A stretch of DNA of 64,000 bases from Octopus vulgaris (GCA_951406725.2 OX597821.1:61132001-61196000); one strand, 5' to 3'; numbered from the stretch's first letter, positions 13,465-27,216 are shown. Translations and numbers: made by a program. Notes: generated from the sequence alone by a model not told the origin.

Positions 13465-14192
13465 GCCATGTCTAACTTAATAGCTCCACCTGATAGGATT
13501 ATCTAAATCCTTTTAAAGTCAAGTTTTCTTTATGGTCCATTCAAGTAGTGAGTTCTTGTTGAGTGAGTTGTATCCAGGTTTGGGTGGCTTGTTTGGTATT
13601 TCTAGAAGAAATCTGTCCAGACTCCGTTTAAAGGTGATGGGATCCTTTTCCTTTGATCAGTTTTGGGACAATGTTAAACAGGGCAGGATCTGTTGAAGAA
13701 AAGAAATTATGTCGCAGTGTACATATATGTTGTGATCCTGAATTGGGCATGGGACGTATGGCCAGTGGTCCCAGGCCTGGATGAACCTGAAAGTAATGTT
13801 CAGGTCGTTTGGACAATACTGGCAGTATAGTCTCCACATCGTACATATGATGTACCGCTCTCGAAATGGCTGAAGAGGTTAGAGTTTCAAGGCTTTAAGG
13901 TGGTCCCATCAATCGAGATCAGTTATGCCACCAATGCATTTAGTGAGGACCATTTGGAGTGATTCAATACTCATGATGTTTTGTTTTCTATATGTAGACC
14001 ACAAGGGGCAGCAGTATTCGAGGTGTGGCCGTACAAAGGAGGAGAAAAGTGGAATAATGACACCTTGTTCTCTGGACCGGAAGGTTCTTAAGATCCAGGA
14101 GCTCATCCTGCGAGCTATATCGACCTGCGAGCTATATGTTGACGTGGGCACTCCAACTGAGATTGTTATTAACAATTACACCCTGTTCTCTG

Positions 14193-14196
<4 letters not shown>
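13465..14196 (-). mobile_element. 5'-truncated, degenerate copy of the CR1-like LINE at 28505-31574
   Basis: ORF 13909-14175 encodes ARRMSSWILRTFRSREQGVIIPLFSSFVRPHLEYCCPLWS, identical to the long ORF. The 3' UTR AGGCCATGTCTAACTTAATAGC is shared. Confidence 0.93.
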
Positions 14197-14231
<35 letters not shown>

Positions 14232-14234
<3 letters not shown>

Positions 14235-14400
14235 CAATTACAGCGTGGAAGGTGTTTATAAACCTTTTAAGGAACATACAAAAACCATTAGATTCACTTC
14301 AACATCAAACTTTAATTTGTCCAAATATTTTCGTCGCTGTAAGTCCGCGACCTGTTCATTGACAAAATTCCGAGGACACGATCTCAGATCAGGTCACTTG
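14232..14400 (-). mobile_element. Short interspersed element with a hammerhead-shaped fold, between (TA)n tracts
   Basis: Minus strand TTTGTC-AATGAACAG-GTCGC-loop-GCGAC-GAAA-ATATTT-GGACAAA, flanked by (TA)n on both sides. Confidence 0.45.
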
Positions 14401-14418
14401 CTATGAAAGTACATCTCC

Positions 14419-14465
<47 letters not shown>

Positions 14466-14551
14466 GTATACACACTATATGTATAAACACACACACACAT
14501 ATATATATATACACACATAAGATACATATACATATACACACACACACATAC

Positions 14552-14617
<66 letters not shown>

Positions 14618-15239
14618 ATATATACATATATATATATATTCTGATATCAATAGTATATTCATATATATTTATATTGATGTATCTATATATGGAGAGAAAA
14701 AGAGAGACACACAAAGAGTGAGAGGGAGGGAAGGACGGGAAAACACACACGCACTGTATAATATTGCTGAAATCTAGATGGTCGTGTATCTTTCAGAGTT
14801 GTACATAGTCGGGCGTCGCAGATTCCTTCCGCACCTTCCCCTGTGTCATACTTCAGTGTCTCTCATAACACATATACACAGAGTGGGTTACCGTCACCAA
14901 ATATTGTCTAGGATGAATACGAAATATCATAGATATAATAAGAACTTAGACAATCATTGTTACTTATATAATTTCACGGTTTTTAGCTATTAAATAGAAT
15001 AATATACAAGTAGACAATGCACAAAAGGCTTCTTTCTACTTCTAACTCTTCGTATATATATATAAATATATATATATAAATATAAACACATGTACATACC
15101 TACCTACCTAGTACATACATACATACATACATAATACATACATACCTATTATCTCTTCTCAGACTCATTGGAATGTACGTATAGAGGAATATACGTACAC
15201 TAACACACATCTTTTACGAAGATGTTGCTTCTACGTGTG

Positions 15240-15770
<531 letters not shown>

Positions 15771-16374
15771 AATTGTGTATATGTTGAGAGAAACAATGTG
15801 ATAATGAATTTTTTCTATGTGTTTGTGAAAACAGTCAATACTGAATGGAATGACAGATGGCTTGAAGACATTGTTTGGACAATCAATAACACACTTAAAA
15901 AACATATAATAACACCTTACGAAGGTTACAATTTATCTGAGGCAACATGGCGTCGAACTGATTGCCTTCCGGTATTTTGTTCCATATTTCTGAAACGTCA
16001 TTTTTTTGTCTCTCTTGTTTCGTGTATAGAGAAAGTTTCCGGCTTAATATTATCAGCAATGATAAAAAACGAAATTAACCAATCATGTACTGGATATGGG
16101 ATTATGAGGATATTAAAGTCGGTTTAACGACAGTCAGATGATGTGGGTTCTACTAATCTCCAAAAGAAGGCATTCCTGATAGTCTGAGTTGCCCTCACCC
16201 CATCCTTACCCCCACTTCATGGCTTCAGATTAATTATAAAATAATAATGATTCGAGCACAGGCCAAGTCTAGTATCTTGTGCCTGTACCACCAATATCTC
16301 CCCCCCCCGCATCACCACGCCCCCACGCCCCAATACCACCACGCCACATCACCACAATACCACCGCCACCATTC

Positions 16375-16425
16375 CTGCTGCTGCTGCTGCTGCTGCTACT
16401 ACTACTACTACTACTACTACTGCTG

Positions 16426-16515
<90 letters not shown>
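16375..16515. repeat. (CTG)n/(CTA)n trinucleotide array
   Basis: Read directly; it produces poly-L/Y/V pseudo-ORFs. Confidence 0.95.
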
Positions 16516-17260
16516 TTGCCACCGCCTTATACTTTAGTAAATATTTCAACTTGCTATCATGAACAATTAATGACAACTTTTGCAAACCGGCGTTTAAATG
16601 TTATCGACAAACTTCTGGTCTCATCCCTCGGTTTCCCTGGCTATTGGCACCCAAGGATGAAGCGACAGTGCGGTAAACATTTCTACACAATCCTCATTGT
16701 TAACGAATATAGTGACGTACACAGTATCAAATTTGTTTTGTGGTGTATCGTGTTAACGTTTTGAGTGTTGACTAACTGCATCACCCTAGAGATATTTCTT
16801 CGTAATGTCATCACAGCCTATATCCCCGTTGAATATGATTTCCGATATAATAATCAATACTGCTCTGCGAAAAACAAAGGCAATTAATTGTCAGAATATA
16901 TTTTTAAAATTTGAATGATTTTCTGTGATTCCTGACATCAGTTGCTCATTGAATATCTATCACTATGTGTGATCAAAATCTCAGCTTTTCTCGATACAGC
17001 TTCCGATTCAGTCCTAAAAATATATAGTAATTGTAGAACATAGCAATATATAAGAATATATAATAGTTTCAATATAGGGGATTTGGTACTGGTGCCAGTA
17101 GAATGTTGAAATCAGCAAAACTAGATAAGTCAAACGGCTACATCAACGAATATTGTATTAAAGTACAAGTTTTGAATATCGATAATGAGGATAAACAATG
17201 ACGACTATGTGGCGAATACTTCATTCTGATATATTAATTGTGCTATACCAGTGATTCAAA

Positions 17261-17570
17261 TGTATGTTGTTTATTCCTTCTCGAGCCACGCCTGGCTCAT
17301 AAGGGCCGGTTTTCCGGTTTCATTGGTGTATATCTTTCCGACCTGGACGTGACGCCGGTCCGTCGCAGGTGAGCTGCAAGATGCAGGAAGAAAGAGTGAG
17401 AGAAAGTTGTGGGGAAAAAGTCAGCAGAAGTTCGCCACTACCTTTTCTCGGAGCCACGTGGAGCTCAGGTGTTTCGCTCATAAACTCACACACCGTCCGG
17501 TCTGAGATTCGAACTCACGACCCCTCGACCGCGAGTCTGCTGCTCTAATCACTAGACCATGTGCGTCCAC
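17261..17570 (-). mobile_element. tRNA-derived SINE, family D variant 1, with 8-bp TSD
   Basis: Minus-strand head GTGGACGCACATGGTCTAGTGATTAGAGCAGCAGACTCGCGG...GAGTTCGAATCTC. GATTCAAA lies at 17253-17260 and 17571-17578. The body is shared with 59701-59890. Confidence 0.85.
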
Positions 17571-17601
17571 GATTCAAAAACTAGGTCCACAAATTAGCTT
17601 C

Positions 17602-17812
17602 ATGTCATACTGTTTCGTTAAAACAGTATAACAGCAGACGGCTGACATTAACAAACATGCCAACGTTCTCAGCTAACAAACTAGTCAACGGATAAAACGT
17701 CCCTTTATCTGTTCAGAAGTACTAACGTTAATAGAAGTTCCTGTGATATCTCTTTTCCAACAAAGCAACAGACGAAACAATTATTCATCAGCGCAGACGC
17801 ACTGGTGTGAAA
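17602..17812 (+). pseudogene. Possible decayed C2H2 zinc-finger fragment
   Basis: Manual translation across stops and frameshifts gives SYCFVKTV*QQTADINKHANVL, KRPFICSE, CDISF and IHQRRRTGVK, resembling C2H2 fingers and the HTGEK linker. Spacing is imperfect. Confidence 0.3.
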
Positions 17813-17983
17813 ATGATAGTCACGGCATCAATAAACCTCCCACCAATCAGTTAACGGGCAAAATAAAGGCCAGATTTCTTTATTTCTGACAAAACTATTC
17901 TTTTGAGAAAACATAGCAGAGAAGAATTACTTCTATTATCATGCTGGGTTTCCTTCGAATATTTCAGAAATGTTAAAAAATTA

Positions 17984-18172
17984 CGGCGATGAGCTGGCAG
18001 AATCGTTACTGGCATTTTGTCCGTCTACACGTTCTGATTTCAAATTCCGCCGCGATCGTTTTTGACTCTCATACTTCGGGGTCGATAAGCTAAGTACCAG
18101 TTGATTACTAGGATCAATGTAATCGACTTTGGCCACCCTCGAAATTACTGGCCTTGTGCCAAAATTTGAAAT
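17984..18172 (+). mobile_element. SINE family B copy
   Basis: GGCGATGAGCTGGCAGAATCGTTA...TTCGGGGTCGATAAGCTAAGTACCAG...GTGCCAAAATTTGAAA. Confidence 0.8.
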
Positions 18173-18782
18173 AATATTTCAAATAATTTCATCTGAGAGC
18201 ATATTTGAAGTAGTATTGTAAAATTTGAAAGCTTGGCAGAAGATTCCAAATGTGTTGGAATATTCCAAATAATTTTGTCTCATTTGTTCAGCAAGTTTCG
18301 ACATGAAATTCTGAGATACACTTTTCTTCAATTAAAAATATTTGTAAGCCTAAAACAAAAAAAAAAAAGAAAAGAAACACACAAAATGTGATTATCAAAA
18401 ACAAAGGTTTGTTGAAATGCAGTTCAAAGAGAAGATATAAGTGGAATATGAACAACATAGAGATGCAAAGAGGTATCTTGACTGCTTGGATTTAAGCATG
18501 GAAACGAAACAAAAAATATTCTCAAACAGCGAATTTTCAAATTACTAAACAGTGATTTAAATTCAACTTCAAAAGTTTATTTCAAGTATTCAAAACAGGC
18601 TTATGACACAAAAAAAATCTTCTGATGTATTCTCTGTTAAATGGATTGCTTTCGTCAGGGAGATGAATTAATCTAGCCGCTAATTTTTTGACTTTTAGAT
18701 TAGTGGAAAATGTCATAATGCTACTGCTTCCATAAGCTCGAAACGCGTGGTCAGAGTGTTCAATTCTAGGTAAGGACGTCTT

Positions 18783-19215
18783 ATATATAACGGAAAGCTT
18801 TATGAAAATAAACAAAAGACGAAGGCAGGTGGAATACAAACAAACAATTGTATTAGTATGGCGCTCAGGAATATAAATAAAACAAGTCGTTTACGTTCCG
18901 AGCCTACGCTCTTCAACAGAAAGATACACAGAAAAGAAACACGGAAAGAAACAAGGAGAGAAAAAAAAATGCGTGCAGAAGCTAGCGAATCAACATGGCG
19001 ATCTGATTCCGGCCAGAAGTCAAAGATCAAACGTGAGACGCAAAAGCGAAAATAGGGGAGATAACAGGGTCAAATGACCAACATAAGGGTGTGTGTGTGT
19101 GTATGAGAGAGTATGTAGTGCGTATGAGAGGTCTGGACGTGTGTATGTATGTATGATGTGATGTGTAATGTATGGTGTAGTGTAGAGAGAGGAGATGAGG
19201 GGGAGAGGGGAGGAG
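18783..19215 (-). mobile_element. Penelope-like terminal repeat remnant with degenerate hammerhead motif
   Basis: Minus strand TCTTT-CTGTTGAA-GAGC-GTAG-GCTC-GGAACGTA (18892-18924). Homologous to 33955-34160 and 42432-42870. Confidence 0.6.
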
Positions 19216-19220
19216 ATATA

Positions 19221-20560
19221 TATTAGGTCGTTTCACATGGAATGTCGTATTTGAAAGGTAACAATAAAATGTTTCACAAGTGTTAGGAACTGATTTCTTT
19301 AATCAAAGTATGATCCATGTTCAACGTTTCTCTATGTCATATAAGCCATCATTAAAAAAAAAATTCTTTTGCTGTGATAAACTGCCCGAATGCTTCTCTA
19401 TTTAAGAATGTTTTATTGTTTATGAGAAGCTCAAAATGCTTAAATAAGTGATGACCAGTAGGAGAGATAACAGAGGGAATAGGGAGAATCTTGCAAAATC
19501 TCATAAATCAGGATTTGTAAGTTTTGGATCGTAGCTTAAGGAAAGTGAGGACGTGCATTGTCTTGGAGCAAAATTGGGCCATCTCTATTCACTAGTCTGG
19601 GTTGCTTCTTTTTCAAATTCTCATGTGTGCAATCAATTTCTTGGTAATACGATGTTGCTGTTACCGTTTTCCTTGTTGCAAAAATGAATAATGAATAATT
19701 CCCTCGCAGACCACCATACATTAACCACTAACTTATTAGGGCGCAATGGTGGTTTTGGGTAGTGTTTAGGTGATTCTCCTGCATCTAATCACTATCCTGT
19801 TTTCCTGCTGTTGTCAAAGATTATCCATTTTTCATCACAAGTAATTATTTTATGCAAAAATGGTCTTTTTCCAATCGAGAAAGCAATAAGAATCACACTT
19901 CGAGGCATCTGTTTTTTTTTCCTTTAATCTCGTTCAGTTGATGCGGAACAAACCTATGTGTTTTCTTGAATTTTCCAGTTTTTTACAGGTGTACAAAAAC
20001 AGTTGTGCGAGATGTTTGGAGTTCTGATGAAAGTTTTCGAATTTGTTCTCCGATTTTGTTCAACCAAAGCATTTAATCTATCATGCCGATTAACTGATTT
20101 TGGCCTAACCCTCTGTTTATTTTCAAGGCTACCATCTTCTGAACAAAAGCTTTGTGAACCATCTCTGAACAGTTCTGATGTCAACAAAATCATTATTAAA
20201 GGCCCGCTTGAAATAATCAATGGCTAATCTTATGTGATCGGCTTTTCATGAAGGTGGGAGTTCGACACTGCTGTCCTCTTTTGAGTTTCCTGACTTAATA
20301 TTCGTTCACCTTTGACCTTGGATAGCAAAAGGTCAAGCTGTTTCCTGAAAACACCTACCCCCACTACTCCATAGAGATCCCTCAAATATTTGGGCAAGGC
20401 GTTAAATAGCTGGGTGCTCTTGAGTGCCAAGCTAGGCTCATAGCTATTTAACGCCTTGCCAAAATATCTGAGGGATCTCCATGGAGTGGGAGGGATAGAT
20501 GTGTGGGTAGAAAATCATCGAAACCCAAATTCATGAGAAATTAGGTATAAAGTGATGTAA
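19221..20560 (-). mobile_element. Degenerate mariner (Tc1/mariner) transposon, interrupted by a LINE fragment
   Basis: LKKKQPRLVNRDGPILLQDNARPH (ORF 19536-19721), a remnant of the YSPDL..DYHLF motif near 19430-19490, EDGSLENKQR (HTH region, ORF 19954-20220) and a TIR-like TATTAGGTCG at 19221. Confidence 0.8.
20230..20490 (-). mobile_element. 3' fragment of a second CR1-like LINE with a fold-back 5' end, nested in the mariner
   Basis: QLFNALPKYLRDL...VFRKQLDLLLSKV resembles the CR1 ORF2 C-terminus (compare GPALFNIVPREIKE...FKQSLDRFLQRIPD at 28601-28770). 20441-20490 is an inverted copy of 20360-20412. Confidence 0.7.
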
Positions 20561-21149
20561 TTTGGCTGTAGAATTTTACTAGTTTTTCTACTAATTCTCC
20601 AGCTGAACTTTAAAAATGCATTCTAGTTTTGAAGAAAAACCAATTTCTACGTATGTTTGTTTGCCATGCTTTATTTCTCATAATATTTTTTTTTGAAAAA
20701 CCAGTGAAATTCTATGGATCTAGCAGCTGAGAATCTTGACATAATAATAAACAGATGCCATTTTCGGATTCTCACGACAAAAGACCCTAATTCAGTTCCA
20801 AATGTATTAACAATAGAGGAAAGAAAAATTGTTGGCTTTGTAATCAATCAACAAACTTATGGAACACTGTGTGATGTTTTTAAGTCTATTTTTCAACGTC
20901 ATTTCAGTGTATCAATTTTCTTTTCTTTACAATCTACATCTGTCGTAAAATAACGTTCATAATAGTGGTTATATCTTTTGGCAGGAGCAATGATTAATCG
21001 TCCAGTACAGAATATAAATAAAATCAATGTTTAATGTTAGTTATCTTTGTCATGGGATGAATTTACAATCTAACAAAGTTGGCCATATTTGAAAGAAGTA
21101 CGCTCTCACATTTTCACCAAACATAACTCTTTATCGTAGTACCTAATTT

Positions 21150-21975
21150 CTACTGCTACGGCTGATTTCACCCGCCGCTACATGTAGGTCAACCCACGAT
21201 TGTAACTTGTTTTGGAACTGTAATCTAAGAATGGACTGCAAAAATCAGATGTTATGATAATCGAGGTACCCCATTGACTCGCACGGAAATGTTGGTGTTT
21301 GTGAAAAGCGTCTCATATTAGACAAGATGACGTCAACAGAGAGCTATACGTCAACGCCTTTAGCACCAGTCAGTGCAGACAACTCAACTCGTGCAATACT
21401 CCTCATCTCTCCGAAATCACTGACGTCGACAGAATTGTGTATGCTATCGCTTTTGAATCAATCCACTGACGCAACAACCAAACAGCTTCTCACACATGCT
21501 GCCGTCAACAGACATTAGTACCATGTTGCAAGCCAATCAATAGTATATAATAGATGATATGCTAACCAATGCTTCGGTCAAACAGTGATGAAGCTTTCGT
21601 AGATCTTATGGACTGGAATTATTGATATCGGTCGTCGGGCATTGCCATGTCCTGAGCGCCAGACGCATTCAACACAGCCTAGAACGGCAGTAAGATATCA
21701 CGATTTACTAATCGACTCAGTAGTTACAGTGTGTCTGGGAGATCTCATAAGATTTGTAATTACAAGAGACGAAGCAGTAATAAACCTTGCAATGAAAATC
21801 CCCGTTTAGATAATTTCATAGATTTTGTAGGCAAGTCACACACCCATGGACGAAATAGATGGCGACTACTTTAACAATCAAACCTTTAGTGAGGGAAGTG
21901 GTGTGGAACTCATATCGACAGAACCGTGAGTCCGCCGGACCACTTTTGAGTGGCAACGCAGATAGTCATAATCAC
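21150..21975 (+). mobile_element. Possible highly degraded LTR-retrotransposon (gag-like) remnant
   Basis: Higher-complexity, more GC-balanced block with only weak resemblance to gag RIQQLL/DRKPTQ motifs near 21650-21720. No intact ORF. Confidence 0.2.
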
Positions 21976-22124
21976 CTTAATCATAACTAAAAGCTTTTAC
22001 CAATGGTGCCGAGCTCTCTACCAGTGTGTCTGTTGTACGGAAGCACTCTATACAGACATGTATACACGTATTGATTTGCCCGCACATACATAGATACTTG
22101 CATATACATACACATGCATTAGTG

Positions 22125-22125
<1 letters not shown>

Positions 22126-22179
<54 letters not shown>

Positions 22180-22232
22180 CCATATATATAACTAAGTATA
22201 TATATGTGTTTATAATTATATATATGTGTTTA

Positions 22233-22286
<54 letters not shown>

Positions 22287-22633
22287 CACGTACATGTATA
22301 CATATATGTATATTTGTATGGATATATATCTTCATAAACAAACACATACCGACCAAACAAAACTCATCAACAAACTGGTACAGTGCTATGTTCTTTATCT
22401 CGATGACATTCACTCCTTTGATTCTATTTGTGCTTTTCATCACAATGTTGTGTTTATGTCTATATCATTCATCTTGTCTTTCAGTATTATTTCTGTGAAT
22501 AATTTTGTTGATGTCGAAATCGAAGATTCATATCGCATGAACTATATACATACATACATGCATACATACATACATACATACATACATACATACATACATA
22601 CATACATACATACATACATACATACATACATAC

Positions 22634-22682
<49 letters not shown>
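22126..22682. repeat. (TA)n and (CATA)n microsatellites
   Basis: Read directly. Confidence 0.9.
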
Positions 22683-22685
<3 letters not shown>

Positions 22686-23921
22686 AATGGTTGATATTGC
22701 TTGTCACAACTGCATTGATTTATCGACCAGTAGAGAATGCAAAGGAAACATTTGTGAAGCGAGTTATGCTGCAGTTCTGTTATCATGGACTGAATATAGA
22801 ATTCCTCTCAAGTCACTTTGATTTCTTTGAGATAGTTGCCGAATACAATATTTATACTTATTAATATACAAATCGTATGATTTTTCATGCGTGTAGCAAC
22901 ATTTAGTAACCTGGACGCCTCTTCTTAACGATTATTTAGGTGTGTTAGTATTGCGTGTATTTTCTGCTTACATTTAGCGACAATTCTTTCTAAATATTCA
23001 AAGGAGAATATTTGACTAATCAACAAATTGTGTGCAGTGATAATCACATGATGAAACGTCAGATTATCATATCTGGTGTGCTACATAGTAATTTATGCAT
23101 GAATGATAAAGATAATTATATAAAATTGCACTTTGAAGATATACTTTTGCCCACTTGGTGGAAAACAGGCATACTAATGTCTTTGCAAAAGAAAAACAAG
23201 TCTAGACCCACAGCTAGATGACTACTAAATATTGTTAACGTGTAATTTGAAAAGTAATTTCTCCAGAAATATTAAGGAAATATTACCTTCCTGGGAAATA
23301 CAAAATTTGTAAGTACTTTATAGTATGACGTTCATATGATGACTTTCCCCTAATGAAATATAATTTTCTGACAGAAGTGTGAACATCGAGACATGTTGAA
23401 TGAAACATTCAGTCTAATTGGCTGTATGGTAGACTGCATATTTAGCTATGTCAGAAACAAAAAAAAAAGAAGAAGCGTTCTATTGTAGTAATCAATTATC
23501 GAACTGTGAATACCGTATCAAGTGATACAGAAAACGTAGGAATACAGCTCACTAATGCAAACCAGTAACTATTGTACTATAATTATAGTGACATAGTTAT
23601 TGGTACAAGAGAAATAGTTTCAAAACTGTTGATACTAGGGTTTCTTAAAAAACGGAGGAAGCTGACAAAAATTGTTTAAATTAGATCTTCTACGGTTACA
23701 CTGAATTGTATTCAGCAACAGACTTGTACACAACCACACACACACACAACACACACACACAACACACACACGCGCAGAGAATATTACTATCTTGTCATTG
23801 TGGCGGACGTTTTCCTTTGTGTTTAGGGTGTTGACCTGAAGAGATAGTCGGTTCTATTCTTGTACAGAATATCGCCATAGAAAGGAAATAAATTGCAAGA
23901 AAATAATATAAAAAAATTAAA

Positions 23922-24342
23922 CAGGAGTGACTGTGTGGTAAGTAGCATGCTTACCAATTACATGGTTCCGGGTTCAATCCCACTGCATGATACTTTAGGC
24001 AAGTGTCTTCTGCTATAGCAGGGCCGACCAAAGCCTTGTGAGTGGATTTGGTAAACAGAACTGAAGGAAGCATGTCGTGTATATATACATATAACATATG
24101 TGTGTGTGTGTGAGTATGTTTGTGTGTCTGTATTTGTCCCCCCCCCCACCATCGCTTGACAATCGATGTTGGTGTGTTTATGTCACCATAACTTAACGAT
24201 TCGGTAAAAGAGGCCGATAGTATAAGTACTAGACTCACAAAAAATAAATCATCGTGTATATTTGCTCGACTAAAGGCGGTGATCCAGCATAGCCGCAGTC
24301 AGATGACTGAAACGAATGAAAGAATAAAAGAATGAAAGAATA
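23922..24342 (+). mobile_element. SINE family A copy
   Basis: Colinear with 2770-3170 from CAGGAGTGACTGTGTGGTAAG to TGACTGAAAC...AAAGAATAAAAGAAT. Confidence 0.88.
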
Positions 24343-25614
24343 AGTGTCTAATATATTGACCAAATGTCGTGTTCTTTGGACAGAAGAGAAGAATAAAATC
24401 TAGAGTAAGTATATGTTCTTAGAAAATTTATTCACTTCTCTTATCTGATTTATTTGTATGGCTGTACTTCAACTACAAATATCTGATTGTATTCATCAAT
24501 GTCTAGGGAAGTCTTCAAAGTCTCTAATCATGTGATTTTCATCACAATCTTATAATTCTCTTTTGAGTTTAAATTTCAAAATATAGATTTAAAATTCTAC
24601 AGACTGAAATAGATGTGTATTTGTATATAATTGGAAGATTAGAATATTGAATGAAGGCTAAATAGATGAAGGATATCATTTGTTCTTTGCTTTCAGTTTT
24701 CATTAAGTGGAAAAAATGGTTAAAATATAATTATCTTCAAAACTAAATAACACATACGCACATATTAACACATATTCACACACATATTCACACATAAACG
24801 AAATGAATTTATATTGAGTTGTTTAATGTTGAGTTTATTTAAAAACAAGTCTAATGATTTCTTTGTAATTGGCAGTAGAGTAAATATAAAGAGGCCAAAA
24901 CCAAGCAATGCTGTATTCTATGATTAGAATAAGTTGGATACGATAGCACATAATTATTACACAGTGTGAATTAGAAAGGTAATGCTGTTTGTCAAGGGAA
25001 GCCTTTTCTTTTACACATTAACCCAGAATTTTAAACAACATTCTTGCATTTGGTTTTTTTTTCTGTTGAGATATTGATACTATAGTCATGAATATTTATT
25101 CCACATTAATTCGTCTAATTATCCATTTGATCTCTCATCAGATAAAACCATATTGTTATCCAATTTTGTGTTGTAACTAATTATCGACTCTATATAGAGT
25201 GTATCTCTGCAAGTGAAAAATTGGTTGCATTTTCTAAGCGTAAGGTTCATGTTTGACAATTTAGTTTATGTTTCGACTTCTGCGAGTGTACTGAAGACAA
25301 ATATTTTCGCACAAAAACACCTAACACATTACAACTCGGTCAGCTTTTTGTATTAAAATTCTTGTCAGAGTTTAAATTACTTATAATTCTAGTCCTAGTC
25401 ATTCTAGTTTGGTCTTAAGGTAATCTTACGTGCAATTTGAAATAGGTGTGCAGTATTAGATATATACGTATATATACATATTCTTTTAGTTTTATGCTTA
25501 AATAAGTAAAATCATGTCGATACGCACAGACTTGCTTCTATGCTTAATATTACGTCGCTTGGGTCGATTTAATCGATTGGCCCCCTCCTCCAAAACTGCT
25601 GGCCTGGTGCCAAA

Positions 25615-25682
25615 ATTTGAAACCAATATTATGTGTGTGTGCATATATATATATGCACACACACATAATATTGGTTTCAAAT
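25615..25682. repeat. Perfect 68-bp palindrome centred on (AT)6
   Basis: ATTTGAAACCAATATTATGTGTGTGTGC-(AT)6-GCACACACACATAATATTGGTTTCAAAT. Confidence 0.95.
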
Positions 25683-27014
25683 ATATATATGCACACATAT
25701 AGAGGTATATATACAGATATATGTATATATATATATGTGTGTGTGTGTATGCGTGGGTGTGTGTGGAGAGAGAGAGTGAGTGTATGAGAAGTTTTGGAAA
25801 GGTTAATAAATTCCTTTAACATTGCTAGTAAAGCAAGCACAAGGATGCTTAGCCAAAGCAAAACTCTGCTCCATGCTTTGAAATATTTAGATGCGATATT
25901 GTGGATTTATTATTAAATGTATGCATATGTGTATGTTTTGTGTATGTGTGAGAGTGTGTGTGTGTGTGTGTGTGTATGTATGCGTGTCGCTTATGTTTAT
26001 GAAAACAACAGTCTACATCAATACAGATATCTATCTATTGATTTTGACGCTCTATATTTATATCTTTTTAATACAATATTCTTCTGACTTTCATTTAACC
26101 AAACCCTACCAAAGAATATTGGATCATCTATATCATTGTTAGGAATATTCCACCGGCCTTTTTTTCTCTCTGAAATAGATGTTGCCTCGATGTTTTAATA
26201 CCGGAATTTAGCTGCCGACATATTATTGAAGTGAAAATAAATTAACCTTCGAATATGTTAACTTTTTTCCTTAGCCAATATGCTGACCAATATATCGACA
26301 AGTGCATAACTTAGCCGCATGCATATTCATGAAATAATGTCACTGTATGTTCATACCTTTTAATAGAAGGTATTAAATAGAAGTATAAACTCACTTGAAC
26401 TCTACCTATTTAATGTCAGTCTAGGTTATGATGCGTTTCCTTTCAATAATAAGCTCTGTAATTAAATCAGTAAAACTAAATCTACGATCAAACTACCAAC
26501 TTCGATGGAATTTCTATTCTTAAATACAGCTATGCAAACTTGCAGAATCAGTTAGTTATTCTCCCGATACTAGAATCTAGTTACCATATTTTGATGTGAG
26601 TAGCAGCAAAAATAACATTCTCATCCCTTTCAGTATTCTCCCTTCTATCTCTCCCGTCTTTACTTGTCCCTTTCTTCTATATCTTCTCATTGTATATACA
26701 GATTTTTTCTCTATCTCTCTTTTCCTCGAGCTTATGAATTTCAATGTGTTGTATAATATTACTTGTTTTCAGTAATTACTCGAAGTGTTTATCTGATTGT
26801 TATCTGTCGATAACCTACTTACAGTAGACTCTTATACAAAACTGCTAGTATTTTATTTCCTACATAACATCACGTTTTTATTGTTATATACATAATTCGG
26901 AAAATCTTGACATCTTATAATAATAAAAAAACATATTAATAACAACAACAAGGATAATATATAAACCGTTACTACTCCTCCAATAGTATTAGCATTAACA
27001 AGAGCAATAACACT

Positions 27015-27216
27015 TTCTAATTTTGGCACAGGGCCAGCATTATGAGTGCTGAGGGCTTGTCGATCAACCTCAGTACTGAAATAGTATAAGCCACGGCGGC
27101 TTTTGAACTCAGAACGTAAAGACAAACAAAATGTCGCTAAGCATTTTACCCGCTGTGCTAATGATTCTGCCTGCTCGCTACTTTAATAACAGCAACAGCA
27201 GCAACAACAACACCGA

